The notes: generated from the letters alone by a model not told the origin. Shown: positions 38,745 through 49,333, counted from the stretch's first letter. The stretch: DNA of 64,000 bases from a bacterium (GCA_028821235.1 JAPPGV010000081.1:109431-173430); one strand, 5' to 3'. A program made the numbers and translations.

Positions 38745-40277
38745 CTACTCCCCTCCCCCGAACGAGTCCTTGAAGGCCGAGATGGCTTCTTCCAGCGCGC
38801 CGGCATCGGGGAGCTTTCCGGTGCGCTTGATGGTGTCGAGCAGGTGGGCGTGCCGGACCCGCACGAACTCCCGCAGCTCCCGCTCGGCTCTCGAGATGTC
38901 CTCGCCGGGGATGTCGTCGAAGAGGCCCTGGGTCACCGCGTAGATGGCCAGCACCTGCTCCTCCACCGGAACGGGGGCGAACTGGGGTTGCTTGAGGACC
39001 TCCACCACCCGGCGGCCCCGCTCCAGCTGGGCCAGCGACACGGCGTCCAGCTCGGAGCCGAACTCGGCGAAGGCCTCCAGCTCGCGGTACTGGGCCAGGT
39101 TGAGCCGGAGCGTCCCGGCGACCTTCTTCATGGCGCCGATCTGGGCGTTGCCTCCCACCCGTGACACCGAGATGCCGGCGTTCATGGCGGGACGGATGCC
39201 CGCGAAGAAGAGGTCGGTCTCCAGGAAGATCTGGCCGTCGGTGATCGAGATCACGTTGGTGGGGATGTAGGCGGACACGTCGTTGGCCTTGGTCTCGATC
39301 AGCGGCAGGCCGGTGAGGGATCCCCCGCCCATCTCGTCCGACAGCTTGGCGCAGCGTTCCAGCAACCGGCTGTGCAGGTAGAAGACGTCGCCGGGGAAGG
39401 CTTCGCGTCCGGGCGGGCGCCTCAGGAGGAGGGAGATCTCACGGTAGGCCACCGCCTGCTTGGACAGGTCGTCGAAGATGACCAGGGCGTGCTGCCCGTT
39501 GTACATCCAGTGCTGGCCGATGGCGGAGCCGGCATACGGCGCGTACATCTGGAGGGCCGGCGGCTCCGAGGCCGCGGCCGTCACCACCACCGTGTAGTCC
39601 ATGGCACCGGCCTCCTCGAGGGCGGCCACCACCTCGGCGACCGTCGATGCCTTCTGGCCTATCGCCACGTAGATGCACTTGACCTCGTCGGGAGTGCCCT
39701 GGAACTGCTTCTGGTTGATGATCGTGTCGACCACGATGGCGGTCTTGCCGGTCTGGCGGTCGCCGATGATGAGCTGCCGCTGTCCCCGACCGATCGGGGT
39801 CATCGAGTCGATCGCCTTGATGCCGGTCTGGAGCGGCTCGGTTACGGGCTGGCGTTGCACCACGGACGGCGCCTGCGTCTCGAGCAGGCGGCGCTCGGTC
39901 GAGGGGATGTCCCCCTTGCCGTCCAGGGGCTCGCCCAGCGGGCCGACCACCCGTCCCAGCAGCCCGTCGCCCACGGGAACCGAGAGGACGCGTCCGGTCT
40001 GGCGGACCGCGTCGCCCTCCTCGATATGGGAGGCGTCGCCCATCAACACCACCCCGAGGTCCTCCTCGTCGAGGTTGAGGGTCACGCCGAGCAGCCCTCC
40101 CGGGAACTCCATCAGCTCCGACGCGGCGGCATTGGGGAGTCCGGAGACCCGGGCCACGCCGTCGGCGACCGAGGTCACGTAACCGACTGTCTCCTGCTCG
40201 AGGCTGGGCGACCAGCTCTCCACATGCTCCCGGAGCGCGGCGGTTATGTCATCGGGACTAATGGTCAGTTGAGCCAT
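38745..40277 (-). CDS. atpA: F1 ATP synthase alpha subunit
   Basis: Walker A GDRQTGKT. Start taken at [10 protein letters not shown]. Confidence 0.97.
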   Translation of the reverse strand: MAQLTISPDDITAALREHVESWSPSLEQETVGYVTSVADGVARVSGLPNAAASELMEFPGGLLGVTLNLDEEDLGVVLMGDASHIEEGDAVRQTGRVLSVPVGDGLLGRVVGPLGEPLDGKGDIPSTERRLLETQAPSVVQRQPVTEPLQTGIKAIDSMTPIGRGQRQLIIGDRQTGKTAIVVDTIINQKQFQGTPDEVKCIYVAIGQKASTVAEVVAALEEAGAMDYTVVVTAAASEPPALQMYAPYAGSAIGQHWMYNGQHALVIFDDLSKQAVAYREISLLLRRPPGREAFPGDVFYLHSRLLERCAKLSDEMGGGSLTGLPLIETKANDVSAYIPTNVISITDGQIFLETDLFFAGIRPAMNAGISVSRVGGNAQIGAMKKVAGTLRLNLAQYRELEAFAEFGSELDAVSLAQLERGRRVVEVLKQPQFAPVPVEEQVLAIYAVTQGLFDDIPGEDISRAERELREFVRVRHAHLLDTIKRTGKLPDAGALEEAISAFKDSFGGGE

Positions 40278-40329
40278 CGAATACTCCACTCCTGAATCTC
40301 GGTTGACCTTGTTTCGGGGGCAAGTCCGG

Positions 40330-40863
40330 TCATCCGGCCACCGCCTCGCGTAGGCGTTCCAGACGCTTGCGGACGGAGCCGTCGATCACGGTGTCGCCCA
40401 CCCGGGCCACCAGACCACCGAGGACCGACTCGTCCACCACCACCCGGACCTCCACTTGATTGCCGATCCGCTCGGCCAGGGCCCGGGCCAGGCGATCTAC
40501 GGTCTCGTCATCCAGCGGGACCGCGCTCCGCACCTCGGCGACAGCCCGATCGCGCGCCTCGGCCGAGCGGGCCGTGAACTGGTCGGCTATCGCCGTCAGG
40601 TCCTCGCCCCGACCCAGCCCCACCGCGAAGCTCACGAAGGCGACGGTAAGGCGGTGGGCGCGGGCCGCCAGGAGGTCGTCGATCACCGCCTGCTTGCGTT
40701 CCATGGGCAGGCGGGGGTCGCTGAGGGCCTCCCTCAGGTCCTCGGAACCCTCCAGCGCCCGGGCCACCAGGAACAGTTCGTTCTCGACCCGCTCCAGGAC
40801 GCCCTCGCCGCGGGCCAACTCGAAGATGGCGGCGGCGTAACCCTGGATCCGTGCGTCGGCCAC
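40330..40863 (-). CDS. atpH: F1 ATP synthase delta (OSCP) subunit
   Basis: GTG at 40863 overlaps the atpF stop (TAGTG). The sequence [14 protein letters not shown]...[23 protein letters not shown] is delta-like. The ORF-track extension to 41277 overlaps atpF and is rejected. Confidence 0.85.
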   Translation of the reverse strand: MADARIQGYAAAIFELARGEGVLERVENELFLVARALEGSEDLREALSDPRLPMERKQAVIDDLLAARAHRLTVAFVSFAVGLGRGEDLTAIADQFTARSAEARDRAVAEVRSAVPLDDETVDRLARALAERIGNQVEVRVVVDESVLGGLVARVGDTVIDGSVRKRLERLREAVAG

Positions 40864-41431
40864 TACTTGCTCGACTCCAACTCCGCGAGATAGTCCTCGA
40901 CCAAGCCCATCTGGGCCTCCCGGTCGAGGTTGCGCCCGACCACCTTCTCGGCCAGGTCGACCGACAGGGTGGCCACCGTGGTGCGCGCCTCCGCGAGGGC
41001 GCGAGCGGTCTCGGCGTTCGCCTCGTCGCGAGCCCTGGCCACGATGTCGTCCGCCTCCTGCTGGGCCCGGGCGATCGTCTCGGTACGCACCGACTCGGCC
41101 GCTTGGCGGGCCTCGTCGACGATTCGAGTCCCTTCGTCCTTGGCGCCGGCCAGCTGTTCGCGGTACTGGGAGGCCAGCTGTTCGGCTTCCTCCTTGGTGT
41201 TCTCGGCCGCCTCGAGACGGGACCGCTCGGCCTCCTGGCGGCGGGCAAGCGTGGCGCTCAACGTGGGCACGACCCATCGCCAGACGAAGAAGAAGATGAT
41301 CGCGAAGGCGATGACGCCCGCTATCAATTCCGACATCTCGGGCCGCAGCAGGTCGATCCCGCTGCTTCCCGACTCCTCGGCAGCCACCACCAGGGGCGCC
41401 GCCGCCATATATCGCCTGTTCGAGGTCACCA

Positions 41432-41432
<1 letters not shown>
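40863..41432 (-). CDS. atpF: Fo ATP synthase b subunit
   Basis: 189 aa with one N-terminal TM followed by a long charged helix (RRQEAERSRLEAAENTKEEAEQLASQYREQLA). Confidence 0.9.
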
Positions 41433-41725
<293 letters not shown>

Positions 41726-41779
41726 CTATTTCGTCACTTTGTCGTTAGGCCCGTGCGCCCGTGTCCGGCTCGCTAACCG

Positions 41780-42616
41780 TCAGTGGGCCGGCTCCAGCGA
41801 GGTCTGGATGTAGACCGCGGAGAGCAGGGTGAAGATGTAGGCCTGAAGCACCGCCACCACAAATTCGAAGATCCAGATGGCCAGCCCGAAGGCGAACCAG
41901 ATGACTCCGATACCCGCCTTGAGGCCGATGTCGCCCACGCCGGCCACGAAGAGCAGGCCCGACACGAGCAGCAGGGTCAGCATGAGGTGCCCGGCCACCA
42001 TGTTGGCGAACAGCCGCACGGCCAGGGTCACGGGTCGGAGCACGAAGGTCGAGACGATCTCGATGAGCCCGACCAGCCAGCGCATAGCGATGGGGACCGA
42101 CTTGGGCCAGAGGGCATCGAAGAAGTAGTGCTTGAAGCCGTTCTTGGCGAAGCCAACGAACACGAAGATCACCCAGGTGAGGATGGCCAGGAAGCCGGAC
42201 AGGGCCATCCGCGAGCTGATCGGGAAGTTCACCAACGGAGTGACCTTGAAGAGGTTCCCCACCAGCAGGAAGAAGAAGACCGACAGGAGGTAGGGGAAGT
42301 AGCGCATCCCGTGCACCGGTCCGATCACGCCCTTGGCGATGTCGTCCCGGACGAAGCCCACCAGGCTCTCTATCGCCAACTCGTACTTGGAGGGGACCAG
42401 CTGCCCGCGGCGCAGGCCGAAGTAGAGGAGCCCCAGGACGATGGCCATGGCGGCGAAGATCAGGAAGACGGTTCGGGTGAAATGGAACCCGCCTATCGAG
42501 AACAGCGGCGTGGTGAACTCGAAGAGGCTGTTCACGTCGGTGGGCGCGCATATGACCTCGGCCTCGAGGTCACAGTCGATCGCCAGAATCATCACATCAC
42601 CCATGCGATCGATCAC
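41780..42616 (-). CDS. atpB: Fo ATP synthase a subunit
   Basis: 278 aa polytopic protein with the conserved LRLFANMVAGH Arg motif. Confidence 0.92.
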   Translation of the reverse strand: MIDRMGDVMILAIDCDLEAEVICAPTDVNSLFEFTTPLFSIGGFHFTRTVFLIFAAMAIVLGLLYFGLRRGQLVPSKYELAIESLVGFVRDDIAKGVIGPVHGMRYFPYLLSVFFFLLVGNLFKVTPLVNFPISSRMALSGFLAILTWVIFVFVGFAKNGFKHYFFDALWPKSVPIAMRWLVGLIEIVSTFVLRPVTLAVRLFANMVAGHLMLTLLLVSGLLFVAGVGDIGLKAGIGVIWFAFGLAIWIFEFVVAVLQAYIFTLLSAVYIQTSLEPAH

Positions 42617-43058
42617 TCCTTCCGCTCGCCGTCCCGGCTTTCCACACCTTGCCGGATCTGCTGGCTCGCCGGCTCCCGCGCGCTCCCGCCTCCCAGAGGA
42701 GCAACACCATGTAGGTGGCGATCACGGTCAGCCCGAGCGCCGGACGGTCCACATCGAATAGGGCTGCCACAGCCAGCATCGTTGCCACTATCAGGCCGAG
42801 TCGCGCTACGAACCCGAAGAGGGCACCGGCATGATAGGCCCCGAGCGACACCCTAGCCAACCAGGACATCAGCGCCCCTGACAGCAGGTAGTAGCCGACC
42901 ACCAGGACGACCCCTATGGCCGCGGCCACGGCGCCGTCGAGGCCCCTGAGCAGACCTGCCAGCACCACCGCGACCGGACCCACCACCACGGTGCGGCGCA
43001 GGAGGGATCGCACCAGGTTGAGCTCCACGGGCGGGCGCCCGGCCAGATAGTCCTCCAC
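42597..43058 (-). CDS. ATP synthase protein I-like membrane protein (start uncertain)
   Basis: Four hydrophobic segments, located between the atpZ-like gene and atpB. A GTG at 43058 is proposed; the longer ORF-track form (to 43232) overlaps the atpZ-like gene. Confidence 0.5.
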   Translation of the reverse strand: MEDYLAGRPPVELNLVRSLLRRTVVVGPVAVVLAGLLRGLDGAVAAAIGVVLVVGYYLLSGALMSWLARVSLGAYHAGALFGFVARLGLIVATMLAVAALFDVDRPALGLTVIATYMVLLLWEAGARGSRRASRSGKVWKAGTASGRSDRSHG

Positions 43059-43098
43059 CTCGTGGCGGGTCAGACCCCCGGAGTGCGACGTATGGGTC

Positions 43099-43401
43099 TC
43101 AGCGGCCGGCAACGGGCTGCTTCCCGGTGGGGACCCTGCCCACCATCCACAGGCGATAGAACCCGTTGACGGATCCCAGGACGATGCCGGCCACGATGAG
43201 CCAAGGTTCGGTGTCCAACCATCGATCGGCAAGCCAGCCCAGCAGGGTGCCGGCCATTATCGAACCGAAGAAGGAGCCTCCTGCAACCCATCCGTCGGAG
43301 ACTGCGGCGGTCACCCCGGTGTGTGCTGTCCGGAGGGCGGAACCCTGGGCGGGTCGAGGGATTTCCGCGTGGGAGGAGTGCTGGCCGGCGGACTCGGGCA
43401 T
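43099..43401 (-). CDS. AtpZ/AtpI-like small membrane protein (putative F0F1-ATPase subunit)
   Basis: Start at MPESAGQ...; two TM segments, GGSFFGSIMAGTLLGWLADRWL and PWLIVAGIVLGSVNGFYRLW, typical of AtpZ. First gene of the atp operon. Confidence 0.65.
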   Translation of the reverse strand: MPESAGQHSSHAEIPRPAQGSALRTAHTGVTAAVSDGWVAGGSFFGSIMAGTLLGWLADRWLDTEPWLIVAGIVLGSVNGFYRLWMVGRVPTGKQPVAGR

Positions 43402-43624
43402 CAGCCCGGATGGTAGCCCGCTTGTGATCAGCTTCACAATCAGCAGAGGAGCATAAACCGGGGCTGATCGCCGGTTACGAATAGCCGCTCGACGGGTGCG
43501 GATGGCCAGATTCCAGTCCCGACGTCGATGGACTGAGAACAGCCTACGGGTCGGCTCGGACGGGGTTCGGACCAGGTGACAAACAAACGACAATAATCGT
43601 TTTAGAAGGTTTCATCACCATGAA

Positions 43625-43650
43625 CTTTAGAATATCATGATAATCTAAAG
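43625..43650. promoter_or_regulatory. 26-bp near-perfect palindrome in the AT-rich region upstream of the atp operon
   Basis: CTTTAGAATATCATGATAATCTAAAG equals its own reverse complement except for one central-flank position pair. The core TATCATGATA is a perfect palindrome. It sits in an unusually AT-rich stretch, about 43575-43660. Confidence 0.6.
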
Positions 43651-43715
43651 CTCCACTTTCCGAGCCAGGGCAACCGGGCAGGCCGGTCAGGATGGGTCGG
43701 ATCGAAGACCTGCCG

Positions 43716-43961
43716 TCAGGCGACCGCCAGCCGGCTCACGGGCCGGAGCGTTTCACGGATTAGCGCTACGTCGTCGCTTCCGATCCCCTCAAGGGAGACA
43801 CCTCGGCTCACGAACAGGAACTCGTACGCGAAGACGCGGCCGGAGTGGTCGAGATGGGCGATGCGGGTGTCGTCGAGTCGCCGCCCGCCGGCTTCGCCTC
43901 CGTCAGCGGGGCGCAGCCGCAGGAAGATCGCGTCAGCCTCCGAGTCATAACGAACCTGCAT
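43716..43961 (-). CDS. DUF2283-domain protein (putative antitoxin partner of DUF4258)
   Basis: 81 aa; MQVRYDSEADAIFLRL... is the canonical DUF2283 start. It lies 12 nt downstream of the DUF4258 gene. Confidence 0.75.
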   Translation of the reverse strand: MQVRYDSEADAIFLRLRPADGGEAGGRRLDDTRIAHLDHSGRVFAYEFLFVSRGVSLEGIGSDDVALIRETLRPVSRLAVA

Positions 43962-43973
43962 CCGGCTCTCCCT

Positions 43974-44315
43974 TCAACGGCCAACCCAGTAGACGGTAAT
44001 GACGATACCCGGTCGAGGGCCTGCGGAGAGTACGACATGTAGTGGGCGGCCTTTCACCGTGGATTCATACTCGTGGGCGGTGTCTCCTTCGAACCACCGC
44101 CGTGGACGAGCCAGGACGGTCTCCACCATCTCACGGGTGATTCCCTGCTCGCCCATTCGCCTCAATGCGTGATAGCTGAAGCGGCGTCGCTCTTGGCCGG
44201 ATCCGAGGAATCCAGGTCCTTTGTTCAAGACGGTCTCACGGCCTCTGGGATATCGCGCGGTAATGGCCGAGTGTGGCTGGTATCGCTCATCAGTTGAACG
44301 TACGGTGATCCGCAT
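43974..44315 (-). CDS. DUF4258-domain protein (putative toxin)
   Basis: FSYHALRRMGEQGITREMVETVL matches the DUF4258 HA..RM.eRgI core. The start is uncertain (a TTG further in is possible). Confidence 0.65.
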   Translation of the reverse strand: MRITVRSTDERYQPHSAITARYPRGRETVLNKGPGFLGSGQERRRFSYHALRRMGEQGITREMVETVLARPRRWFEGDTAHEYESTVKGRPLHVVLSAGPRPGIVITVYWVGR

Positions 44316-44368
44316 CCGGCTTCAAGAGGTGTGATTCGCGACCCGGATGCCGGGGAGGGGCGCTGCCA

Positions 44369-44398
44369 CCCAGGGCACTTCCACGATGCTGCCCTGGG
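44369..44398 (-). terminator. Hairpin downstream of glyA
   Basis: CCCAGGGCA (44369-44377) pairs with TGCCCTGGG (44390-44398): 9-bp stem, 12-nt loop. No clear U-tract. Confidence 0.3.
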
Positions 44399-44479
44399 CC
44401 GGCTGCCCTGTGGTGGTTACTCAGTTGAAGTCGCCCTGCCAGGGGCGGAGGGCGAAGTCAGTTACTCCGATGTTGAGTG

Positions 44480-45742
44480 CTAGACGTGGCCGGGGAAGTC
44501 GGGGGGATAGGGAGGGAAGGCCGTGGCCAGCTCCGCCACGTCGCTCTGGACCTCCCCGACTACCGCCTCGTCCGCCCGGTGCCGGAGGGCGCGGGTGATC
44601 AAGGCGGCGATCCGGGCCGCCTCGGCTTCTTCCATCCCGCAGGTGGTGATGCCCGGCGTGCCGATGCGCAGGCCGCTGGTGATGAAGGGCGGCCTCGGGT
44701 CGAACGGGATGCCGTTCCGGTTCAGGGTGATCCCGATCGAGTCGAGCAGGGTCGAGGCCTCCTTGCCGGTCAGATCCTCGTCGATGGATCGCATGTCGAG
44801 CAGCAGCAGGTGGTTGTCGGTTCCGCCTGAGACCACCCGCACCCCGCGTTCGGTGAACGCTCCGGCCATGGCCGAGGCGTTGGCCACGATCTGGTGGGCG
44901 TAGGCCCGGTAGGCGTCCGTCGAAGCCTCTCCGAAGCAGACCGCCTTGCCCGCGATCTGGCTGATGATCGGCCCCCCTTGCATGTCGGGGAAGACCGCCT
45001 TGTTGAGACCGGCTCCGTACTGCTCCTTGGCCATGATCATGCCGCCCCGGGGTCCCCGGAGCGCCTTGTGGGTGGTGGCTGTCACCATGTCGGCGATCGG
45101 CACGGGGTTGGGCGACGCGCCCCCCGCCACCAGGCCGATGAAGTGGGCCGCGTCCACCATCAGCAGCGCCCCGATCTCGTCGGCGATGGACCGGAAGGCG
45201 TCGTAGTCGAGGTGGCGGGAATAGGCGGAGTAGCCGGCAAGGACGATCTTGGGGCGGTGTTCGAGCGCCTTGGCCCTCACCTCGTCCATGTCGATCCGCT
45301 CGGTCTGGCGATCGACCCCGTAGGCCACGAACCGGTAGAGGCGACCGGAGAAGTTCACGGGCGAGCCGTGGGTCAGGTGGCCGCCCTCGGCCAGGCTGAG
45401 GCCGAGCACCGTGTCGCCCGGCTCGAGATGGGCGAAGTAGACCCCCATGTTGGCCTGGGCGCCGGAGTGGGGTTGCACGTTGACGTACTCCGCGCCGAAC
45501 AGGGCCTTGGCGCGCTGGATGGCCAGGCTCTCGAGACCGTCCACCCATTCACAGCCCTCGTAGTAGCGCCGCCCCGGGTAGCCCTCCGCGTACTTGTTGG
45601 TGTAGATCGATCCGCACGCCTCCATGACGGCGGGCGACGCGAAGTTCTCGGACGCGATGAGGTGGATGTGGGTGTTCTGGCGGGCCACATCCCGGCGGAT
45701 GAGCTCCGCCACCTGGGAGTCGACCTGTTCGATCGGTCGCAT
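44480..45742 (-). CDS. glyA: Serine hydroxymethyltransferase
   Basis: LIASENF and the PLP-Lys motif VTATTHKALRGPRGG. Start taken at MRPIEQVDSQVAELI; the ORF-track start at 45823 would add 27 atypical residues. Confidence 0.95.
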   Translation of the reverse strand: MRPIEQVDSQVAELIRRDVARQNTHIHLIASENFASPAVMEACGSIYTNKYAEGYPGRRYYEGCEWVDGLESLAIQRAKALFGAEYVNVQPHSGAQANMGVYFAHLEPGDTVLGLSLAEGGHLTHGSPVNFSGRLYRFVAYGVDRQTERIDMDEVRAKALEHRPKIVLAGYSAYSRHLDYDAFRSIADEIGALLMVDAAHFIGLVAGGASPNPVPIADMVTATTHKALRGPRGGMIMAKEQYGAGLNKAVFPDMQGGPIISQIAGKAVCFGEASTDAYRAYAHQIVANASAMAGAFTERGVRVVSGGTDNHLLLLDMRSIDEDLTGKEASTLLDSIGITLNRNGIPFDPRPPFITSGLRIGTPGITTCGMEEAEAARIAALITRALRHRADEAVVGEVQSDVAELATAFPPYPPDFPGHV

Positions 45743-45926
45743 GTCGGTGATGCCGTCACCTCCGCTCTGGACGCGGTCCCAGGGTACTAGTGCGAAGCCC
45801 GAAACGGATGCTGCAACGGTCATCCGCCGGCGGCCGGCCGTTTGCGGTTGGCAGCTGCCGCGGGACCCCTTTGCGCGGCGTTCGCGGACCCCCCTAGTGT
45901 CTCAACCCGGTGAAGGAACGCACGCA

Positions 45927-47105
45927 GTGATCGACATCAGCGGGCACGTGACCGCGGGCTTCGAGCCGGTCGTCGACGCGTTCGAGGAGAACTTCGCCAT
46001 CCGGGGCGAGGTGGGGGCCGAGTTCTGCGCCTACGTGGGGGGCGAGTGCGTGGTCAACGTCTGGGCTGGGATGGCGACGCCTGAGCGCCCGTGGACACAT
46101 GACACGCTCGTCTTCCTGTTCTCGGTGACGAAGGGGGCGACAGCCCTCGTGGCCCAGGTCCTGGCTGACCGCGGCCTGATGGATCTCGACGCCCCGGTAG
46201 CCGCCTACTGGCCCGAGTTCGCCGCGCAGGGTAAGGACGGGGCGCTGGTCCGGCACATCCTCAGCCACACGCTCGGGCTTCCGTCCTTCCCCGGGTACTG
46301 GGATCTCGTGAGCGGTGACGACACGGCGGGATGGCATCGCACCGATGAGATCGCGGCCCGGCTCGCCGCCGCACCCCTGGCCTGGGAGCCGGGAACCACC
46401 CTCGGATACCACTCGATCAGCTACGGCTGGCTGGTGGGCGAGCTGGTGCGACGGATCGACGGCCGCACTCTCGGGACGTTCTTCGCGGACGAGGTGGCCC
46501 GCCCGCTCGGCCTGGACGTCTGGATCGGGCTTCCCACCGAGCAGCACGGGCGGGTGGCCCGGCTCCTGCACGATCCCGACCCGGCAGCCGACCTCCTGAT
46601 GGCCATCTGGGCACCGGACAATCCCGCCGGTGCCGCGCTCTTCATCGGCCCTGAGCGGCGGAGTTCGGTCGATCTGGCCAACGACCCCGACCTCTGGACG
46701 GCGGAGGCGCCCGCCATCAACGGGATCGGCGACGCCCGGAGCGTGGCCCGCATGTACGCCATGCTGGCCGGGGGAGGCATGCTCGACGGGGTGCGGATCG
46801 TGTCCGAGGAGTCGGTCGTCGCTCACTCGGCCGAACAGGCCCGGGGCATCGATGCCGTATTCGGAGGCGCATCCCGGGTCGCCCTCGGCTACGGCCGCTC
46901 CATCGGTGGCGGCATGTCGCTGGGACCCAACGACGAGGCGTTCGGGATGCAGGGTATTGGAGGCCCCCTCGGCTACGCCGACCCGGTCGCAGAAGTGGGC
47001 TTCGGATATGCCATGAACCAGACGTACATGAATGCGGGCACCGACCCCCGCCCCCGCGCCCTCTCAAACGCGCTGTACGAGGCGATCGCCCGCCAGGGCG
47101 GCTGA
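45927..47105 (+). CDS. Serine hydrolase / class C beta-lactamase-family esterase
   Basis: GTG at 45927 preceded by GAAGGAA. SxxK nucleophile motif FSVTKG. The ORF-track start at 45624 is antisense to glyA. Confidence 0.8.
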   Translation: MIDISGHVTAGFEPVVDAFEENFAIRGEVGAEFCAYVGGECVVNVWAGMATPERPWTHDTLVFLFSVTKGATALVAQVLADRGLMDLDAPVAAYWPEFAAQGKDGALVRHILSHTLGLPSFPGYWDLVSGDDTAGWHRTDEIAARLAAAPLAWEPGTTLGYHSISYGWLVGELVRRIDGRTLGTFFADEVARPLGLDVWIGLPTEQHGRVARLLHDPDPAADLLMAIWAPDNPAGAALFIGPERRSSVDLANDPDLWTAEAPAINGIGDARSVARMYAMLAGGGMLDGVRIVSEESVVAHSAEQARGIDAVFGGASRVALGYGRSIGGGMSLGPNDEAFGMQGIGGPLGYADPVAEVGFGYAMNQTYMNAGTDPRPRALSNALYEAIARQGG

Positions 47106-47133
47106 CACCCGATCCTGGTCCGGCAGCCCGGTC

Positions 47134-48189
47134 TCAGTCGTATTCCACCGTGAGCCGGGGGGTGAGGGGTAGAGCTTGGCAGGTAAGAATCGTCCCTCCA
47201 GAGATGTCGGCGTCGGTCAGGGCCATGCGGGCCCGGAGGTGGACTCTTCCCCGGCGTAGCCTCGCCCGGCAGGCGCCGCAGACGCCTGATTCACACGAAT
47301 AGGGCGGAGTCTCATCGGCAGCCCGCGTCGCGCCCAGCACCGTCTGCCCGGCCGCCACGGGAACGGTAAGGGTCACGCCTCCGAGCCGTACCGTGGCCTC
47401 CGCCGCCACGCCCGCTACCGAGTCGTCGGGTGGCTCCACCGGGCCGTAGCTCTCCATGCGGATGCGCGTGTCCGGTACGTCGATGTCCAGGAGGGCACGC
47501 CGGACGGCGGTGTTCATACGTCCAGGGCCGCACACGTAGTACCGGGTGTCCTGGGCGTACGGCGGATGCTCGTTGATGAAATCGGCCACGCACCTGGCGT
47601 CGATCCGTCCCCGTCTCCAAGGCGCGAGCGACGGTGCCCGGGAGGGGGACGACAGCACGTGCCGGACCCGGAGACGACCGTCCGAGCCCTCCTCCATCCG
47701 GGCCAAGTCCTCATGGAAGATGACCGATCCGGCGTCGACGTTGCCATAGGCCAGCCGGGCCACCGAGTGAGGCTCGGACGCCAGGACGGAGCCGATCATG
47801 GCGAACAACGGCGTGATGCCGCTGCCCGCACCGAAGAAGTAATAGGTGCGCCGGGCCCTGGGATCGGGATCCAGGTAGAAGCCGCCGAAGGGAGGCATCA
47901 CTTCCACCACGTCGCCGGCGGCCACGCGGTCGTTCACGTGATTCGAGACCAGGCCACTCTCGTGCCGCTTGACGGTGACGCGCAGACGTCCGCCCTCCGG
48001 CTTGGCGGAGATCGAGTAGGGCCTCCGTACCTCTTCACCACCGAGGTGAAAGCGCAGCGTGACGTGCTGACCGGCCTTCCAGCGAAAGGCCTCCCGCAGC
48101 CCTTCTGGAACCTCGAAGACCAGGCTGGTGGCCCGCTCGGTCTCGGCCCGGGTCGCCGCTACCCGGAGCCGGTGGAATCCTCCGTCCAC
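47134..48189 (-). CDS. Oxygenase reductase: FNR-like FAD/NAD(P)-binding domains plus a C-terminal plant-type 2Fe-2S ferredoxin domain
   Basis: RPYSIS flavin motif, GAGSGITP NAD motif, and the C-terminal CESGVCGACRARL...C cluster. Confidence 0.85.
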   Translation of the reverse strand: MDGGFHRLRVAATRAETERATSLVFEVPEGLREAFRWKAGQHVTLRFHLGGEEVRRPYSISAKPEGGRLRVTVKRHESGLVSNHVNDRVAAGDVVEVMPPFGGFYLDPDPRARRTYYFFGAGSGITPLFAMIGSVLASEPHSVARLAYGNVDAGSVIFHEDLARMEEGSDGRLRVRHVLSSPSRAPSLAPWRRGRIDARCVADFINEHPPYAQDTRYYVCGPGRMNTAVRRALLDIDVPDTRIRMESYGPVEPPDDSVAGVAAEATVRLGGVTLTVPVAAGQTVLGATRAADETPPYSCESGVCGACRARLRRGRVHLRARMALTDADISGGTILTCQALPLTPRLTVEYD

Positions 48190-49329
48190 CTATCCCTCGA
48201 CCCAGCGCCGCACCAGTTCCTGGTGCTCGCGTACCCCGGCCTCGCCCTCCGAGGAAGGGCCATGCTCGAAGTAGGGGCTCCGGAGGGACCGCTGCTGCTG
48301 CTCGCAGGCGTAGATGTCCTCGGCCATGAAGTCGCCCGAGGCCATGGGGTCGTCTCCATGCCCTTCGAACTTACCGGAGACGCGCCTGGCCCAGAACCGT
48401 CGCGAGCGGGCCGCCTGGCGCGCGAAGGCCCGGTACGGAACGGCGGCCACCCTGGTGCGGATGACCACCCGGGTGCGGTCGGGCGAGATCGGGTTCACGT
48501 GGAACAGGGACCAGGTGCTCTCGGTCTCCGCCAGCCCGATGCCGGGGAAGAGCATCGGCACCCATGCGCCCGCCTGCTCGGCTGGAATCACCAGCGGATA
48601 GGGCGAGTTCTTCTCTACGTCCTTGGCGTAGTCCGGCGCCAGGGGCTCCCAGAACGCGAAGTGCGGGCCGACGAAGCCCGACTCGATGCGCGAGTGGTCG
48701 TACATCCCCAGCGTCCCGGAGTGGAGGTGCGCCAGGTGGTAACCGTCGATGTAGTTCTCGACCACGATCTTCCAGTTGGCCTCGATGGTGTGCTCGGTGC
48801 GCCCCTTCGGGTACTCGGCAAGCTCGTCCACCTCGTGAGGGCCCAGGTGCGGCTCCACCTCGCCGAACCAGTCCATTATCGAACCCGCGTTCTCATCGGG
48901 ATGCACCCATAGCATCCCTCTCCACAGGTCCACCGAGGCCTTCTTGAGGCTGACGCAGTCCAGGTCGACTCCCGGGAACTGGCGCTCCCGGTCCGGCACG
49001 GAGACGAGGCGCCCCTCGAGGTCATAGGTCCAGTCGTGATAGGGGCAGACGATGGCGCGCTGGGTCTTGCCCACCGCCCTCAGCAGCTGCGTCCCCCGGT
49101 GGCGGCAGATGTTGTGAAAGGCCCGCAACCGGCGGTCCCTGCCCATCACGATGAAGATATTGTTGAGCCCGGCCTGCACCGACACGTACTGGCCCGGCTC
49201 GGCCACGTCCTCGGCGAGACCGGCGCAAGCCCAGGTGCGGGAGAAGATGCGCTCCTGCTCGCGGTCGAACCACGCCCTCGAGGTGTAGGCCTCCACGGGC
49301 AGGATGGGCATTCCTCTCCGGTCGGCCAT
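48190..49329 (-). CDS. Rieske [2Fe-2S] non-heme-iron oxygenase, alpha subunit-like
   Basis: Rieske motif CRHRG...CPYHDW and mononuclear-iron ligands ENYIDGYHLAHLH. Directly abuts the reductase gene. Confidence 0.85.
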   Translation of the reverse strand: MADRRGMPILPVEAYTSRAWFDREQERIFSRTWACAGLAEDVAEPGQYVSVQAGLNNIFIVMGRDRRLRAFHNICRHRGTQLLRAVGKTQRAIVCPYHDWTYDLEGRLVSVPDRERQFPGVDLDCVSLKKASVDLWRGMLWVHPDENAGSIMDWFGEVEPHLGPHEVDELAEYPKGRTEHTIEANWKIVVENYIDGYHLAHLHSGTLGMYDHSRIESGFVGPHFAFWEPLAPDYAKDVEKNSPYPLVIPAEQAGAWVPMLFPGIGLAETESTWSLFHVNPISPDRTRVVIRTRVAAVPYRAFARQAARSRRFWARRVSGKFEGHGDDPMASGDFMAEDIYACEQQQRSLRSPYFEHGPSSEGEAGVREHQELVRRWVEG

Positions 49330-49333
49330 CGCT

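Noticed and set aside
40864-41277. Upstream extension of the atpH ORF (40330..41277)
   Set aside because: It overlaps atpF in another frame. Delta-subunit similarity begins at the GTG at 40863.
45743-45926. ZTP (pfl) or THF riboswitch upstream of glyA
   Set aside because: I read the minus-strand leader and found neither the conserved ZTP elements (ACUGGCG ... CCGCCUGGGC) nor a THF-like core. Only GC-rich direct repeats (CGCGGGACCCC / CGCGGACCCCC) are present.
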